Source of the DNA: Fibrobacterales bacterium
GTDB taxonomy: Bacteria; Fibrobacterota; Fibrobacteria; Fibrobacterales; JAOPTW01
Direction of reading: 5' to 3'
Length of the DNA: 28,649 bases
Assembly (NCBI GenBank): GCA_051532035.1
Contig: JAOPTW010000053.1
Coordinates: 1 to 28,649 of the forward strand
Position 1 is the stretch's first letter. Every line of letters begins with the position of its first letter. Of the stretch, positions 1 through 12,737 are shown piece after piece. Under the pieces are notes generated by a model. It had not been told where the DNA came from. It saw only the letters and a list, made by a program, of their open reading frames with translations, and searched no databases. The translations under genes and the position numbers were made by a program.

Positions 1-2
1 AA

Positions 3-3000
3 ATGCGGTTACTTTTGTTTGGTGTCACCTTTCTGGCGCTCTTTTTATGTGTGCTGATCATCTGGTTTAGTGAGAAGATTCGGGCAAATCTGAGTCAAAT
101 GGTGCAAGCTAAGACGAAAGAGTTGCAAAAGAGTGAAAACCACGCCAAACTGCTTCTGGATTCAGCAGGAGAGGGAATCTTTGGTGTTGATACGGAAGGG
201 CGGGTTACCTTTATCAATCAAGCTGCATGCACTATGCTCAAGTATACTGCTGATGAATTGATTGGAGAAAAAATCCATTCCAAAATACACCATACTAAGG
301 CTGATGGATCACCGTTTCCTATTGAAGAGTGCGCCATGCAATTGACCTATACAAATGGTGAAAAGAATTTCATTAAGGATGATCTACTCTGGACCAAAGA
401 AAATAAGCCACTGACCGTTTCATATTCAAGTACACCAATGTATGCAGGTGAAGAAGTTATTGGGGCTGTGGTGACCTTCAGAGATATAACTAAAGAGAAA
501 GAGTCAGAAGCACGTTTCAGAAATTATTTTGATCGAAGTCAGGTCGGTATGACAATCACCTCTCCTGATAAAGGGTGGATCGAGGTGAATCCTCAGCTGG
601 AGGAGATGCTGGGTTATACGCTTTCAGAACTTCAGGCAAAGAGTTGGGCAGATTTGACCCACCCTGATGACTTGGCAAAGGATGAAGAGAAATTTGCTCA
701 GGTATTAGCGGGTACTATTGATGACTATATATTAGACAAGCGGTTTATCAGAAAAGACCAATCGATAATATACACCAATCTCACCGTATCGTGCCTGCGC
801 AATGGCGACGGTTCAATAAAATATGTTTTGGCATCTCTTCTCGATATTACCGAAAGTACTCTTGCCCAACAAGAAATACAGCAACTCTCTGTGGCAGTGG
901 AGCAGAGTCCAGTATCTCTGGTAATAACAGATGTATATGGCAGGATAGAGTATGTCAATCCCAAGTTCTGCGAGATCACTGGGTATCACCGTGACGAGGT
1001 CATTGGAAAAAACCCGAAAATTCTCAATGCTGAATTTTTACCAAAATCGTTTTACAAAAATTTGTGGGATACAATTCTTGCCGGAAAAGAGTGGCATGGA
1101 GAATTCTGTAACAAAAATAAAAATGGTGAAATATTTTGGGAATCTGCTTCAATATCTCCTCTTAAAGATGCATCAGGTAAAATCACCAAGTTTGTAGGAG
1201 TTAAGGAGGATATAACCGAGAGTATAAAGGCGAGAGATGAACTTTCACTACTCAATCAGCTAGTATTTGGATCACTTGAAGCTGCAGCCATTGGTGCTTG
1301 GTGGGTTGATTTTACCGAAGAAGACACCTTTCACGCACTTGATACCACTGCTAATCTTATCGGTCTCCCTGTTAACGAAAGTGGTGGCAAAACGTATAGT
1401 ATCAGTAAATGGGCTGATATTCTTATTAAGACAGGTGAGCTTGATCCTGAATATAAAAAAATGATTGATGATACTTTTGAAAAATTCACCGGGGCTATTT
1501 CAGGTAAGTATGAGGTGTACCGGGCAACGTATCCTATTCAACAGCATGATGGTTCTATTAAGTGGATTATTGCGCGTGCTGATATCCCTAAAAGAGATGA
1601 AAATGGTAGTGCGTTGTTGATGACGGGAACACTGATTGATATATCTGATCGAAATGAGATGGAGCAGGAGCTTGTACTCCAAAAAGAGAGAGCTGAACAG
1701 GCGACTCAGGCGAAATCAGATTTTCTTGCCAATATGAGCCATGAGATACGAACCCCAATGAATGCGGTAATCGGGTTGAATCAATTGCTTTCCCGTACCT
1801 CTTTGACTAATAAACAAAGTGACTATGTGTTTAAAATTGGTGATTCAGCACAATCCCTGCTAGGAATCATTAACGACATACTCGACTTCTCAAAAATTGA
1901 AGCAGGAAAGCTTGATATTGAAGAAGTGCCCTTTGAGTTTGATACTGTTGCAGATAACCTGACCAATATGATCAGTCTTAAGGCAAACGAAAAAGGGTTG
2001 GAGCTTATTGTCTCCATTGATCCAGAGATTCCGCCAACACTTGTTGGAGATCCGCTACGCTTAGGACAAATAATGCTGAATTTGGCCAATAATGCAATCA
2101 AGTTTACCGAAAAAGGCGAAATTAAAATTGAGGTCATATTAGAAGAAAAGACTGATAGCACTATTGTAGTTAAATCAATAGTAACAGATACTGGTATGGG
2201 TATGAACCAAGAGCAAGTGGGCAAGCTTTTTCAGGCTTTTTCACAAGCCGATACCTCCACAACCCGTAAATTTGGAGGAACCGGCCTAGGACTCAGTATC
2301 TCTAAGCGCCTCTGTGAAATGATGGGAGGTTCTATTGGGGTAACCAGTGAAGTTGGAAAAGGTTCCTCCTTCTTTTTTACCGTTACCTTAGGATATAGTA
2401 ATACACCTCTTAATAAGAAGTATATCATACCAGAAGGTGTTCAAGGTATGAAGGTATTGGTTGTAGATGACAATGAATCTGCTCTTGAAGTAATGGAAAC
2501 TTACTTGCTAGATTTTGAGATGAATGTCGCAACGGCAAGTGATGGTGTCAAAGCTATAGACATGGTGTCACAAATGAATAAAAAAGAAGAAACTGCCTAT
2601 AAAGTACTATTTCTAGATTGGAAGATGCCGGGTATGACCGGCATTGAATTGGCTCAAAAAATCAAAGAGATGCAGTTAATTGTTCAACCAAAAATTGTAT
2701 TAGTGACAAGTTATGGAAGAGAAGAGATTAAGGCACAAAGTGAACAACTTAAGCTTGATAGCTTTTTATTAAAACCCGTTGGTCAATCGCTCATATATGA
2801 TACCATTCTACAAATATTTAATTTGGCGGATCTTAGACCAAAGCAAAAACGACTGAATCATTTAAATCCGGAAATCGAAAAAATACGCGGTGCTTCTATA
2901 CTCCTTGTAGAGGATAATGAGATCAATCAGCAGGTTGCTCAAGAACTTCTAGAGGCGGAGGGACTCTTGATTACTATAGCTGATTCAGGCCAAAAGGCTT

Positions 3001-3908
3001 TGGATATTTTGGAAGTTGAGAAGGGTTTTCAATTGATATTAATGGATTTGCAAATGCCGGGAATGGATGGATTCGAAACAACCACTCATATCCGGAAATT
3101 GTACGGGGAGACTTTTCCAATTTTAGCCATGACTGCAGATGCAATGAGTGGCGTTGAGGATGAGGTGTATGCGGTAGGTATGAATGGGTATATAACCAAA
3201 CCAATTGATATATCTGTTCTCTTTGATAATCTTTTAACATTTGTAGATCCTATTGACATATCTGAAGATAAACGTTTGCAGGGTTCGCAACAAATTAACA
3301 CAGAACAATCGATTGAAGATTTGCCTGCTATAGAAATAGAGGGGGTCAATACGGTTGAGGGTATAAAACGAGTAGCGGGAAATAGAGAGTTGTACTACTC
3401 CTTACTCAAAAAGTTCATTGATAACAATCGAAATTTCATGAATGACATTACACGAACTATCGATTCAGAGGATATTGATGCCGCAGAAAAACTTGCACAT
3501 GCCCTTAAAGGTGTTGCAGGTAATGTTGGGGCAGAACAGCTGTTTAATAACGTGCGCATTTTAGATGATGCTTTAAAAAGTGGTTCAACGGATAGTGATG
3601 GTATAAGGAGTTATCTGGAGTCGGTTGAAAAGGAGCTCAATGTCGTAATTGAGAGTGTTACAGAAAACCTTGATTCAATGGGGGGGGCAAAGGTTGATGT
3701 GATATCTGAGGAAGATCCGAAAATATTATTAGCTCGCTTAAAAAATGAATTAGAGGAGTATAGCACTGATAGTGTCGCAACGTTCGAAGCCCTTAAGCCA
3801 TGGCTAGGTGAGCAATTGTCAGAAGAAGATGCGATTGCAATACAAGCAGCTATGGATGATTATGAATACGATACAGTCGTTTCGCTACTAGAAAAATTAG
3901 AAGGTTAA
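3..3908 (+). CDS. Hybrid sensor histidine kinase 1 (TM-4xPAS-HisKA-HATPase-REC-REC-HPt), probably 5'-truncated by the window edge
   Basis: H-box [15 protein letters not shown]-box [12 protein letters not shown]-boxes DTGMGM and GGTGLGL. REC1: VVDDN..LDWKMP..LLKP. REC2: VEDN..MDLQMP..ITKP. HPt: [13 protein letters not shown]. Four PAS/PAC repeats. It opens directly with a TM helix at base 3, so an upstream periplasmic domain may lie outside the window. Confidence 0.95.
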   Translation: MRLLLFGVTFLALFLCVLIIWFSEKIRANLSQMVQAKTKELQKSENHAKLLLDSAGEGIFGVDTEGRVTFINQAACTMLKYTADELIGEKIHSKIHHTKADGSPFPIEECAMQLTYTNGEKNFIKDDLLWTKENKPLTVSYSSTPMYAGEEVIGAVVTFRDITKEKESEARFRNYFDRSQVGMTITSPDKGWIEVNPQLEEMLGYTLSELQAKSWADLTHPDDLAKDEEKFAQVLAGTIDDYILDKRFIRKDQSIIYTNLTVSCLRNGDGSIKYVLASLLDITESTLAQQEIQQLSVAVEQSPVSLVITDVYGRIEYVNPKFCEITGYHRDEVIGKNPKILNAEFLPKSFYKNLWDTILAGKEWHGEFCNKNKNGEIFWESASISPLKDASGKITKFVGVKEDITESIKARDELSLLNQLVFGSLEAAAIGAWWVDFTEEDTFHALDTTANLIGLPVNESGGKTYSISKWADILIKTGELDPEYKKMIDDTFEKFTGAISGKYEVYRATYPIQQHDGSIKWIIARADIPKRDENGSALLMTGTLIDISDRNEMEQELVLQKERAEQATQAKSDFLANMSHEIRTPMNAVIGLNQLLSRTSLTNKQSDYVFKIGDSAQSLLGIINDILDFSKIEAGKLDIEEVPFEFDTVADNLTNMISLKANEKGLELIVSIDPEIPPTLVGDPLRLGQIMLNLANNAIKFTEKGEIKIEVILEEKTDSTIVVKSIVTDTGMGMNQEQVGKLFQAFSQADTSTTRKFGGTGLGLSISKRLCEMMGGSIGVTSEVGKGSSFFFTVTLGYSNTPLNKKYIIPEGVQGMKVLVVDDNESALEVMETYLLDFEMNVATASDGVKAIDMVSQMNKKEETAYKVLFLDWKMPGMTGIELAQKIKEMQLIVQPKIVLVTSYGREEIKAQSEQLKLDSFLLKPVGQSLIYDTILQIFNLADLRPKQKRLNHLNPEIEKIRGASILLVEDNEINQQVAQELLEAEGLLITIADSGQKALDILEVEKGFQLILMDLQMPGMDGFETTTHIRKLYGETFPILAMTADAMSGVEDEVYAVGMNGYITKPIDISVLFDNLLTFVDPIDISEDKRLQGSQQINTEQSIEDLPAIEIEGVNTVEGIKRVAGNRELYYSLLKKFIDNNRNFMNDITRTIDSEDIDAAEKLAHALKGVAGNVGAEQLFNNVRILDDALKSGSTDSDGIRSYLESVEKELNVVIESVTENLDSMGGAKVDVISEEDPKILLARLKNELEEYSTDSVATFEALKPWLGEQLSEEDAIAIQAAMDDYEYDTVVSLLEKLEG
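1707..3908 (+). repeat. Paralogous kinase-core repeat, copy 1 (2202 bp)
   Basis: From the [13 protein letters not shown] codons to the stop. The offset to copy 2 is 3914 bp at both ends. Confidence 0.9.
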
Positions 3909-3910
3909 TT

Positions 3911-6900
3911 ATGAAAGGTACGTTTTATACATTTTCAAAATTATCTGGAACACTTATACTGATAGGTGGAACCATTGTCATACTATCAAGTCTGATTCTC
4001 TACTATACTACTATCACTAATGAAATGTATAAGCTACAGGCGATTTCTCAAAGCCATGCGAAACTCATAAATTCAGTCGCCCAATATGACTCTAAAAACA
4101 ATGTGGATTATCCTGGTGGAGGGGCAAACGCTGGAACTCATCTTCAGATAAAAAATGCTCATTTTGAAAACATTGGATTCGGGGAGACGGGTGAATTCGT
4201 TATTGGTGAATTAAAAGATGGAACAATTCACTTTATTATTCGTTCTCGAAATCTGGGTGAAGTTCCCGCCCCAATTGATATGAACGCCCGTGGAGCTGAG
4301 CCCATGAGGCGAGCGCTTCTCGGACAATCGGGAATCATGGAAGCCCCCGACTTTCAACATAAAGAAGTTCTTGCATGGTATGAACCCCTTCCCGAATTGA
4401 ACGCAGGGTTTGTTGTTAAAATTGAACTTGATGAAATACAAAAATCCTTTCGAGCGGCTTTTGTAATTGGGATCAGTATAGTGTTCATACTGTCAATTTT
4501 GGGTAGTATTGGATACCTCGCATTCCTTGAAAGACTAAAAAATAGATCAGGAAGGATTACCACATTTATCCAGAAAAGATTTGGACAAGGCGTCGCCACC
4601 TATTTAACTCTGATCAGTGTGATCGCTCTTGTTGCTATTGTATCATTGGGCTCTGTCGTATGGAGGGTGTATACTCCTGAAATTGAGAGACAAAAAAGCG
4701 AGTTATATAGTTTAAGTGCAGGGATGGCCGCACTGATTAATTCAGTTGCTGAATTTGACCAAATGAACAATGGAGGTAATAGCAATGACGTTGCAGTTAA
4801 AGCGACACTTTCCCAAGTAGAGAGTTCAACAAAAAGTAAGCCAGGATTTGGGCAAACAGGTGAAATTGTTTTGGGAATAAGAAATAATATGAATATTGAA
4901 TTTCTTTTACCCTCGAGATTTTCCGGTGTCATACCTGATGTTGTTAAATTCGACGGCCTAAAAGCAGAGCCTATGCGAAGGGCTTTATTGGGGCATTCTG
5001 GAGTGATAATAGATCAGGATTATCGTGGAAAAACGACTATTGCGGCATATCAACCTATTGAAAAATTACATGCAGGTTTTGTTGCAAAAATGAACATTGA
5101 TGAATTAACTCGTCCATATCTACTTACTATCATTATTAATATTACATTAACATTGCTTATAATAGTATTAGGTGTGACATTGGTGCCGTACTTTTTTAAG
5201 GAATTGCTTCCGCGTAATCCCGAAAATCCTGATAAGAAGCAAGAGAATGGATTTTTAATTTATAGAATACTTCATAAGTATTACGGAGCCTGTCTTATCA
5301 TTCTGTTCGCAGGAATTCTGTTTTTTCTCGACTTAATGACTCCCCTTGGGGTAGCTGCAGGAGTACCGTATTTAGCACTCCTCACAGTGAGTGCTTTTTT
5401 TACAAATAAAAAAGGGCTTATATATGTTACGATACTCGCGACAATGTTAATATTTCTTAGCATGGGCATATCGCCAAATGAAGGTGCAGAATTCTGGAAA
5501 ATATTAACAAATCGTCTGTATGCCTGCTTAACGCTTTGGTTAGTCGTTGCTATTTTACTCAACAATAAAAATGTTGAAACAGAGTTGCTCGATGCACGCA
5601 ATAACGCTCAAACTGCAACCCAGGCAAAATCAGACTTTCTTGCAAACATGAGTCATGAGATCAGAACACCAATGAATGCAGTCATGGGGCTGAACCATCT
5701 TCTTTCTAGAACAAATCTTACCGATAAGCAGGGTGACTATGTGTATAAAATAGGTGATTCAGCTCAGAACTTACTCGGAATAATCAATGACATACTTGAT
5801 TTCTCAAAAATTGAGGCGGGTAAGCTCGATATAGAAGAGGTTGATTTTGAACTCGATTCTGTAATTGACAATTTATCAAATATGATCTCTCTGAAAGCTC
5901 AGGAAAAAGGAATTGAACTGATATTCTCTATTGCATCTGATATACCACCGGTGTTGGTGGGAGACCCCCTGAGACTCGGTCAGATATTGCTAAACCTGGC
6001 AAATAATGCGTTGAAATTTACTGATTCAGGTGAAATAAAAGTTGAAATTACTGTAGAAGAAAAAAAGTACGATCATACTAAACTGAGTTTTGTGGTTTCT
6101 GATACGGGAATTGGTATGACAAAAGAGCAGCAGGGAAAACTGTTTCAGGCATTTTCTCAAGCAGATAGTTCAACCACTCGTAAATTTGGAGGGACTGGTC
6201 TGGGCTTAAGTATATCGAAACGACTGAGTGAGTTGATGGGTGGTGAAATAGGGGTTACGAGTAAAGAGGGAGAGGGGAGTAAGTTCTTTTTTAATGCTGT
6301 TCTCAAAACGAGTAATTCACCCATAGAGCATAAGTATATCATACCAGAGGGAATAGCAGGTATGAAGGTGCTCGTCGTTGATGATAACGACTCTGCCTTG
6401 GAAGTTATGGAGTCATATTTAAATGACTTCTCAATTGATACAACCTGTACATCGGGTGGACAGCAAGCTCTTGATAAGATCGCTCAAATGAATAATGATG
6501 AAGATACAGCGTATCGAGTGCTCTTTTTAGATTGGAAAATGCCTGGAATGAATGGTATCGAAGTTGCGCGAAGAGTTAAAGAGTTGGAGTTGCTCGTGCA
6601 GCCTAAAATAGTACTGGTTACCAGCTATGGACGGGAAGAGATTAAACAACAGAGTGATTCTCTAAAACTCGATAGCTTCTTATTGAAACCGGTAGGGCAG
6701 TCATTAATCTATGATACACTGTTGCAAGTGTTTAATTTCGCTGATTTGAGGCCTCAAGGCCTTCGAACAACTAAAGTAAATCCAGAAATAGAAAAGATAC
6801 GCGGAGCTTCAATACTGCTCGTAGAGGATAACGAGATCAATCAGCAAGTTGCACAGGAACTCCTTGAAACAGAGGGACTTTTGGTTACCATAGCAGATTC

Positions 6901-7822
6901 AGGACAAAAAGCATTGGATATACTGGAAGTTGAGCAAGGTATTCAACTGATATTAATGGACTTGCAAATGCCGGGAATGGATGGGTTCGAAGCAACCACT
7001 CAAATCCGAAAATTGTACGGGGAGTCTATGCCGATTTTAGCCATGACCGCGGACGCTATGAGCGGTGTTGAGGAGGAGGTGCTTGCAGTTGGCATGAATG
7101 GGTATATTACAAAGCCGATAGATGTAGCAGTGCTGTTTGATAACCTTTTAACCTATGTAGACCCAAATGATATATCTGAAGATAAGCGCTCACAGGGAGC
7201 GCAACAAATTTCCACTGAAAAATCAATGGAAGAATTACCTGCTTTAGAGATAGCAGGAGTCAATACGGTTGAGGGTATCAATCGAGTAGCGGGGAATAGA
7301 GAGTTGTACTACTCTTTACTCAAAAAATTCATTGAAAATAATCGTAATTTCATGAATGATATTACGCGGTCTATTAATGCAGATGATTTTGCTGCTGCAG
7401 GAAAACTTGCACATGCTCTCAAAGGTGTTGCGGGTAATGTTGGGGCAGAATTGCTCTTTAATGCAGTACGTGTATTAGATGATACATTAAAAGATACTAC
7501 AGCGGATAGTAGTGTTATCAAAGGATATTTAAACATGGTTGAAAAGGAGCTTACCATTGTATTTGAGAGTATATCAGAAAATCTCGACTCTATGGGTGTT
7601 TCAAAGAGTACCGATCTTTCAGGAGAAGACCCGGCAACCTTAGTGACTCGATTGAAGAATGAGTTAGAGGAGTATAGCACTGATAGTGTCGCAACGTTTG
7701 ATGCACTGAAGTCATGGCTTACAGAGCAGTTATCGGAAGAAGATGTGAGTGCAATGCAATCGGCTATGGATGACTATGAGTACGATATTGTCGTTTCTCT
7801 TTTAGAAAAAATTGAGACTTGA
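3911..7822 (+). CDS. Hybrid sensor histidine kinase 2 (two TM-flanked Cache-like periplasmic domains, ~4-TM membrane module, HisKA-HATPase-REC-REC-HPt)
   Basis: Same kinase, receiver and HPt motifs as HK1. Two homologous periplasmic segments (LINSVA..GFGx[13 protein letters not shown]..AGFVxK). Hydrophobic block around [14 protein letters not shown]. No PAS domain. Starts 2 nt after the HK1 stop. Confidence 0.95.
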   Translation: MKGTFYTFSKLSGTLILIGGTIVILSSLILYYTTITNEMYKLQAISQSHAKLINSVAQYDSKNNVDYPGGGANAGTHLQIKNAHFENIGFGETGEFVIGELKDGTIHFIIRSRNLGEVPAPIDMNARGAEPMRRALLGQSGIMEAPDFQHKEVLAWYEPLPELNAGFVVKIELDEIQKSFRAAFVIGISIVFILSILGSIGYLAFLERLKNRSGRITTFIQKRFGQGVATYLTLISVIALVAIVSLGSVVWRVYTPEIERQKSELYSLSAGMAALINSVAEFDQMNNGGNSNDVAVKATLSQVESSTKSKPGFGQTGEIVLGIRNNMNIEFLLPSRFSGVIPDVVKFDGLKAEPMRRALLGHSGVIIDQDYRGKTTIAAYQPIEKLHAGFVAKMNIDELTRPYLLTIIINITLTLLIIVLGVTLVPYFFKELLPRNPENPDKKQENGFLIYRILHKYYGACLIILFAGILFFLDLMTPLGVAAGVPYLALLTVSAFFTNKKGLIYVTILATMLIFLSMGISPNEGAEFWKILTNRLYACLTLWLVVAILLNNKNVETELLDARNNAQTATQAKSDFLANMSHEIRTPMNAVMGLNHLLSRTNLTDKQGDYVYKIGDSAQNLLGIINDILDFSKIEAGKLDIEEVDFELDSVIDNLSNMISLKAQEKGIELIFSIASDIPPVLVGDPLRLGQILLNLANNALKFTDSGEIKVEITVEEKKYDHTKLSFVVSDTGIGMTKEQQGKLFQAFSQADSSTTRKFGGTGLGLSISKRLSELMGGEIGVTSKEGEGSKFFFNAVLKTSNSPIEHKYIIPEGIAGMKVLVVDDNDSALEVMESYLNDFSIDTTCTSGGQQALDKIAQMNNDEDTAYRVLFLDWKMPGMNGIEVARRVKELELLVQPKIVLVTSYGREEIKQQSDSLKLDSFLLKPVGQSLIYDTLLQVFNFADLRPQGLRTTKVNPEIEKIRGASILLVEDNEINQQVAQELLETEGLLVTIADSGQKALDILEVEQGIQLILMDLQMPGMDGFEATTQIRKLYGESMPILAMTADAMSGVEEEVLAVGMNGYITKPIDVAVLFDNLLTYVDPNDISEDKRSQGAQQISTEKSMEELPALEIAGVNTVEGINRVAGNRELYYSLLKKFIENNRNFMNDITRSINADDFAAAGKLAHALKGVAGNVGAELLFNAVRVLDDTLKDTTADSSVIKGYLNMVEKELTIVFESISENLDSMGVSKSTDLSGEDPATLVTRLKNELEEYSTDSVATFDALKSWLTEQLSEEDVSAMQSAMDDYEYDIVVSLLEKIET
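5621..7822 (+). repeat. Paralogous kinase-core repeat, copy 2 (2202 bp)
   Basis: The offset to copy 3 is 4913 bp at both ends. The 3' part, from about 6878, is nearly identical to copy 3 at the DNA level. Confidence 0.9.
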
Positions 7823-10800
7823 ATAGTGTAGAATTTAATTATGAGAATAATATGGATGAAATGAAATTTGAAAAAGCTTTAGGTATATCTGCAATACTTG
7901 CGGGGGCGTTTTCTACTGCTCTCGGTATTATTGTACTCATTGGATGGTACACCCATAATCAGGCATTAATTCAAATTAGTAGGTATTTTGTCCCAATGCA
8001 ATACAATACCGCTCTCGGTTTTTTACTATCCGGTGCAGGAGTTGTACTGATTTTAAAAGAAAAACAAAAACTTGCGCTATTGCTTGGGGTGCTTGTTGCC
8101 AGTATCGGTTTACTAACATTAATGCAATACCTATTCGGTCTTGAATTAGGGATCGATCAGGTCTTTATGGAACACTATGTTACTACCAAAACATCACATC
8201 CAGGAAGAATGGCTCCCAATACCGCACTCTGTTTTCTGTTAACCGGTGTTGGTCTGATCAGTTTTACTCGGAATATACGTCTTAAAGATGTTACTGTGAC
8301 CAGTATTTTGGGTATAACAATGTTCACGTTGGGGATATCTGCTCTTTTAGGATATATATCAAATATTGAATCTGCATACGGTTGGGGGAGATTTACCTCT
8401 ATGGCATTGCATACCTCTATCGGTTTTATAATTCTTGGTATCGGTTTTATTGCTATCGATTTTGGCAAAGAAAAGCTCCTTGATCGATTACTGAAACCTG
8501 ACATTCCAGTGATTGCAGGTATAATGAGTGGAATAACTTCTGTTGCTGTTTGGCAGTCCTTACTGGTACAAGATTCAAATGATTCTATAGTGGGAATAAT
8601 ATTGTTGGCGACCGTATTTATTCTCAGTGGAACACTGGTGTTGGTAATTAAAAAAATTCAAAATAGTTTTAGAGATGCATCAAATGATGAAGTACTGGAA
8701 AAACTAGAAGGAACAGTTTTTCGACCGAGTTTAATACATTCAAAGTCAATTCTCTTTATGATATTGATAGCACTATTCATTACGGTAACTGGTTTTCTTG
8801 TGCTCTATGAACGGTCAACAGCTGATATGAAAGAGGAACTGGTTGAAATAATTGAGATCCAAAAAAGGTTGATTGATGCTGTTGCGCGGTACGACGTCGC
8901 AGCAAATAGTGACAGCATTGCTGTCGCTCGAAATAAGACACTGGAACAATTGTCCGATGCATACTTAAACTATGAGGGTTTTAAGGAAACAGGGGAGTTA
9001 GTTATTGCTGAACGTATCGGGGATAGTATTCACTTTTTAAATCCGGTTCGTTCTTTGGGAAGTATTATTCCTGCACCTATTCCTTGGGATGCCATGAACT
9101 CAGAGCCGATGAGAAGGGCACTGTCTGAGCAAAATGGATTGATTGAAGGTCGTGATATGTCTGGGGAAATAGTCATTGCTGCCTATGAATATATTCCTGC
9201 AATCCGAATTGGAATTGTCGCGAAAATAGCAAAGTCCGAACTGATAACTCCTTTTTTAAGGGCGGGGCTCGTGAGTGGCTTTATAGCATTTCTTGTGATT
9301 GTTATAGGGGCTCTTCTTAATTTTATTAGCGTACATCCTCTTCTTACTTTTATAGATGTGTCAAACAAAAAACTGAAGAAGTTGACGGTAGCTATTGAGC
9401 AAAGTCCAGCGTCCGTTCTTATTACTAACCTTGAGGGCGTTATAGAATACGTTAATCCTAAATTCACTGATGTGAGTGGTTATTCATTTGATGAAATAAA
9501 AGGCGAAAATCCACGAATATTAAGTGCTGGTGATCAGGATAAAAAATTCTACGAGGAGATGTGGGCTGTTATTCTATCTGGAAAGGAGTGGCAGGGAGAG
9601 TTTTGTAATCGCAAAAAAAATGGCGAGCTAATATGGGAATCATCTTTGATTTCACCAATTATTGATTCTGAAGGCACTATAACTAATTTTATTCAACTAA
9701 AAGAAGATATAACTCAAAAGCGTGAAATCGAAGAGCAGTTGAAACGAATGAATTTTCAATCTGAGATGGCCTTGGATTTGGCCAAGGCAGGGTATTGGCA
9801 TGTTCCATTGAAAGATGATCCGGGGTTTTATATAAATTCTGAACGTGGCTCAGCGATATTTGGTGATATCCCTCGTGAAGGAGGGCGTTATGACCTTGAC
9901 ACAGAATGGATGGCTCATGTGCGTGCAGGAAATCTTGACGCGGCTGAAAAAACGGCTCAGATTTATACGGATGCCATAGAGGGTAACATTCCTCAATATG
10001 ACGCTATTTATGCTGTGAAACGCCCTCTTGATAATAAGATTGTGTGGGTTCATGCAATTGGCAGCGTGGTACGGGACGATGACGGAGTTGCAACCGACAT
10101 GTGGGGAGTCTATCAAGATATAACTGAACAAAAATTACACGAAGAACTGCTAGAGTCAATTTTTGAATTAACTCCTAATCCTCTTTTGATAACAAAGGTT
10201 TCTGATGGGACTATTGTTAGAGTAAACCAGGCTATTTGCGGATTTCTGGAGCTCCCTATTGATGAGGTTATGCAATTTACCGCTAAGGATGTGTATGCTG
10301 ATTATGAGAAAGATAGAACAAAAGTATTTGAAGCATATACAAATCACCAACCCATAGAAGTACTGCTTAAAAAACTGGGTAATAAAAGTGAATTGCGCTG
10401 GTGTTATATACAGGGTACTTTTATTGATTTTCACAATGAGGAGTGTCTCCTCACTAGTTTTGTTGATGTGACTGATAGAAAAGAGATGGAAGAGCAGCTG
10501 CGGATTTCAAAAGATCATGCTGAACAAGCCACTCAAGCAAAATCAGACTTTCTTGCCAATATGAGTCATGAGATTAGAACACCAATGAATGCAGTCATGG
10601 GGCTGAACCATCTTCTTTCTAAAACAGGCCTTACGGATAAGCAAGGTGATTATGTATACAAAATTGGTGAGTCTGCTCAGAACTTACTCGGAATAATTAA
10701 TGACATTCTTGACTTTTCAAAAATTGAAGCGGGTAAACTCGATATAGAAGAGGTTGAATTTGAGCTCAATTCTGTTATTGATAATTTATCAAATATGATC

Positions 10801-12735
10801 TCCCTAAAAGCTCAGGAGAAAGGCATTGAACTGATATTCTCTGTAGAGCCTGATATACCACCGGTGTTGGTGGGGGACCCCCTGAGACTCGGTCAGATAT
10901 TATTAAACCTGGCAAATAATGCTCTGAAGTTTACGGAGTCGGGTGAAATAAAAATAGAAATAACAGTTGAAGAAAAAAATGACGATCATACTAAACTGGG
11001 GTTTGCTATTACCGATACGGGTATTGGTATGACAGAAGAACAGCAGGGAAAACTGTTTCAGGCATTTTCTCAAGCAGATAGTTCAACCACTCGTAAATTT
11101 GGAGGGACTGGTCTGGGCTTAAGTATATCGAAACGACTGAGTGAGATGATGGGTGGTGAAATAGGGGTGACGAGTAAAGAGGGAGAGGGAAGTAGGTTCT
11201 TTTTTAATGCGGTCCTCAAATATAATGATTCACCCATTGAGCAAAAGTATATTATCCCGGATGGAATAGTCGGCATGAAGGTGTTAGTTGTTGATGATAA
11301 TGACTCCGCCTTAAGAGTTATGGAGGCTTATTTAAATGATTTCTCAATTGATACATCTTGTGTATCGGATGGAGCTCAGGCTCTTGATCTGATCTCTCAA
11401 ATGAATAACGATGAAGAGACAGCGTATCGAGTGATCTTTTTAGATTGGAAAATGCCCCGAATGGATGGTATCGAGGTTGCGAGAAGAGTCAAGGAGATGG
11501 AGTTGCTCGTGCAGCCTAAAATAGTACTTATTACCAGCTATGGACGGGAAGAGATTAAACAACAGAGTGATTCTCTAAAACTCGATAGCTTCTTATTGAA
11601 ACCGGTAGGACAGTCATTGATCTATGACACACTGTTGCAAGTATTCAATTTCGCTGATTTGAGGCCCAAAAGCCTTCGTACGACTAAGGTAAATCCAGAA
11701 ATTGAAAAGATACGCGGTGCTTCAATACTCCTTGTAGAGGATAATGAGATCAATCAGCAGGTTGCTCAGGAGCTCCTTGAAGCAGAAGGGCTTTTGGTTA
11801 CCATAGCAGATTCAGGACAAAAAGCATTGGATATACTGGAAGTTGAGCAAGGTATTCAACTGATATTAATGGACTTGCAAATGCCGGGAATGGATGGTTT
11901 CGAAGCAACTATTCAAATCCGAAAATTGTACGGGGAGTCTATGCCGATTTTAGCCATGACCGCGGACGCTATGAGCGGTGTTGAGGAGGAGGTGCTTGCA
12001 GTTGGCATGAATGGGTATATTACAAAGCCGATAGATGTAGCAGTGCTGTTTGATAACCTTTTAACCTATGTAGACCCAAATGATATATCTGAAGATAAAC
12101 GCTCACAGGGAGCGCAACAAATTTCCACTGAAAAATCAATGGAAGAACTACCTGCTTTAGAGATAGCAGGAGTCAATACGGTTGAGGGTATCAATCGAGT
12201 AGCGGGGAATAGAGAGTTGTACTACTCCTTACTCAAAAAGTTCATTGAAAATAATCGTAATTTCATGAATGATATTACGCGGTCTATTGATGCAGATGAT
12301 TTTGATGCCGCAGGAAAACTTGCACATGCCCTTAAAGGTGTCGCAGGTAATGTTGGGGCAGAACTGCTCTTTAATGCAGTACGTGTATTAGATGATACAT
12401 TAAAAGATACTACAGCGGATAGTAGTGTTATCAAAGGATATTTAAACTTGGTTGAAAAGGAGCTTACCATTGTATTTGAGAGTATATCAGAAAATCTCGA
12501 CTCTATGGGTGTTTCAAAGAGTACCGATCTTTCAGGAGAAGACCCGGCAACCCTAGTGACTCGATTGAAGAATGAATTAGAGGAGTATAGCACTGATAGT
12601 GTCGCAACGTTTGAGGCACTGAAGTCATGGCTTACAGAGCAGTTGTCGGAAGAAGATGTGAGTGCAATGCAATCGGCTATGGATGACTATGAGTACGACA
12701 TTGTCGTTTCTCTATTAGAAAAGGTTGAGAGCTAA
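7819..12735 (+). CDS. Hybrid sensor histidine kinase 3 (multi-TM membrane sensor, Cache-like domain, 3xPAS, HisKA-HATPase-REC-REC-HPt)
   Basis: N-terminal polytopic domain with MQYNTA / RMAPNTA / MALHTS motifs. Cache-like [15 protein letters not shown] segment, three PAS domains and the conserved kinase core. The TTG start overlaps the HK2 stop (TTGA); an alternative ATG lies at 7852. Confidence 0.95.
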   Translation: MNSVEFNYENNMDEMKFEKALGISAILAGAFSTALGIIVLIGWYTHNQALIQISRYFVPMQYNTALGFLLSGAGVVLILKEKQKLALLLGVLVASIGLLTLMQYLFGLELGIDQVFMEHYVTTKTSHPGRMAPNTALCFLLTGVGLISFTRNIRLKDVTVTSILGITMFTLGISALLGYISNIESAYGWGRFTSMALHTSIGFIILGIGFIAIDFGKEKLLDRLLKPDIPVIAGIMSGITSVAVWQSLLVQDSNDSIVGIILLATVFILSGTLVLVIKKIQNSFRDASNDEVLEKLEGTVFRPSLIHSKSILFMILIALFITVTGFLVLYERSTADMKEELVEIIEIQKRLIDAVARYDVAANSDSIAVARNKTLEQLSDAYLNYEGFKETGELVIAERIGDSIHFLNPVRSLGSIIPAPIPWDAMNSEPMRRALSEQNGLIEGRDMSGEIVIAAYEYIPAIRIGIVAKIAKSELITPFLRAGLVSGFIAFLVIVIGALLNFISVHPLLTFIDVSNKKLKKLTVAIEQSPASVLITNLEGVIEYVNPKFTDVSGYSFDEIKGENPRILSAGDQDKKFYEEMWAVILSGKEWQGEFCNRKKNGELIWESSLISPIIDSEGTITNFIQLKEDITQKREIEEQLKRMNFQSEMALDLAKAGYWHVPLKDDPGFYINSERGSAIFGDIPREGGRYDLDTEWMAHVRAGNLDAAEKTAQIYTDAIEGNIPQYDAIYAVKRPLDNKIVWVHAIGSVVRDDDGVATDMWGVYQDITEQKLHEELLESIFELTPNPLLITKVSDGTIVRVNQAICGFLELPIDEVMQFTAKDVYADYEKDRTKVFEAYTNHQPIEVLLKKLGNKSELRWCYIQGTFIDFHNEECLLTSFVDVTDRKEMEEQLRISKDHAEQATQAKSDFLANMSHEIRTPMNAVMGLNHLLSKTGLTDKQGDYVYKIGESAQNLLGIINDILDFSKIEAGKLDIEEVEFELNSVIDNLSNMISLKAQEKGIELIFSVEPDIPPVLVGDPLRLGQILLNLANNALKFTESGEIKIEITVEEKNDDHTKLGFAITDTGIGMTEEQQGKLFQAFSQADSSTTRKFGGTGLGLSISKRLSEMMGGEIGVTSKEGEGSRFFFNAVLKYNDSPIEQKYIIPDGIVGMKVLVVDDNDSALRVMEAYLNDFSIDTSCVSDGAQALDLISQMNNDEETAYRVIFLDWKMPRMDGIEVARRVKEMELLVQPKIVLITSYGREEIKQQSDSLKLDSFLLKPVGQSLIYDTLLQVFNFADLRPKSLRTTKVNPEIEKIRGASILLVEDNEINQQVAQELLEAEGLLVTIADSGQKALDILEVEQGIQLILMDLQMPGMDGFEATIQIRKLYGESMPILAMTADAMSGVEEEVLAVGMNGYITKPIDVAVLFDNLLTYVDPNDISEDKRSQGAQQISTEKSMEELPALEIAGVNTVEGINRVAGNRELYYSLLKKFIENNRNFMNDITRSIDADDFDAAGKLAHALKGVAGNVGAELLFNAVRVLDDTLKDTTADSSVIKGYLNLVEKELTIVFESISENLDSMGVSKSTDLSGEDPATLVTRLKNELEEYSTDSVATFEALKSWLTEQLSEEDVSAMQSAMDDYEYDIVVSLLEKVES
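10534..12735 (+). repeat. Paralogous kinase-core repeat, copy 3 (2202 bp)
   Basis: Colinear with copies 1 and 2. From about 11791 it matches copy 2 from 6878 with only scattered substitutions. Confidence 0.9.
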
Positions 12736-12737
12736 TC

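Noticed and set aside
3680..3687. G8 homopolymer in HK1 as a phase-variation tract
   Set aside because: Short, in frame (Met-Gly-Gly-Ala) and downstream of the HPt His. There is no evidence of variability without read data.
7309..12593. Duplicated 123-aa antisense ORFs (7309-7680, 12222-12593) and similar antisense ORFs at 2231, 6157 and 11070
   Set aside because: They are shadows of the duplicated kinase core on the opposite strand, with no independent coding signal.
5621..12735. Near-identical long repeats as a DGR template/variable pair or composite transposon ends
   Set aside because: No reverse transcriptase or transposase. Differences are mainly synonymous and not adenine-specific, and both copies are intact coding sequence.
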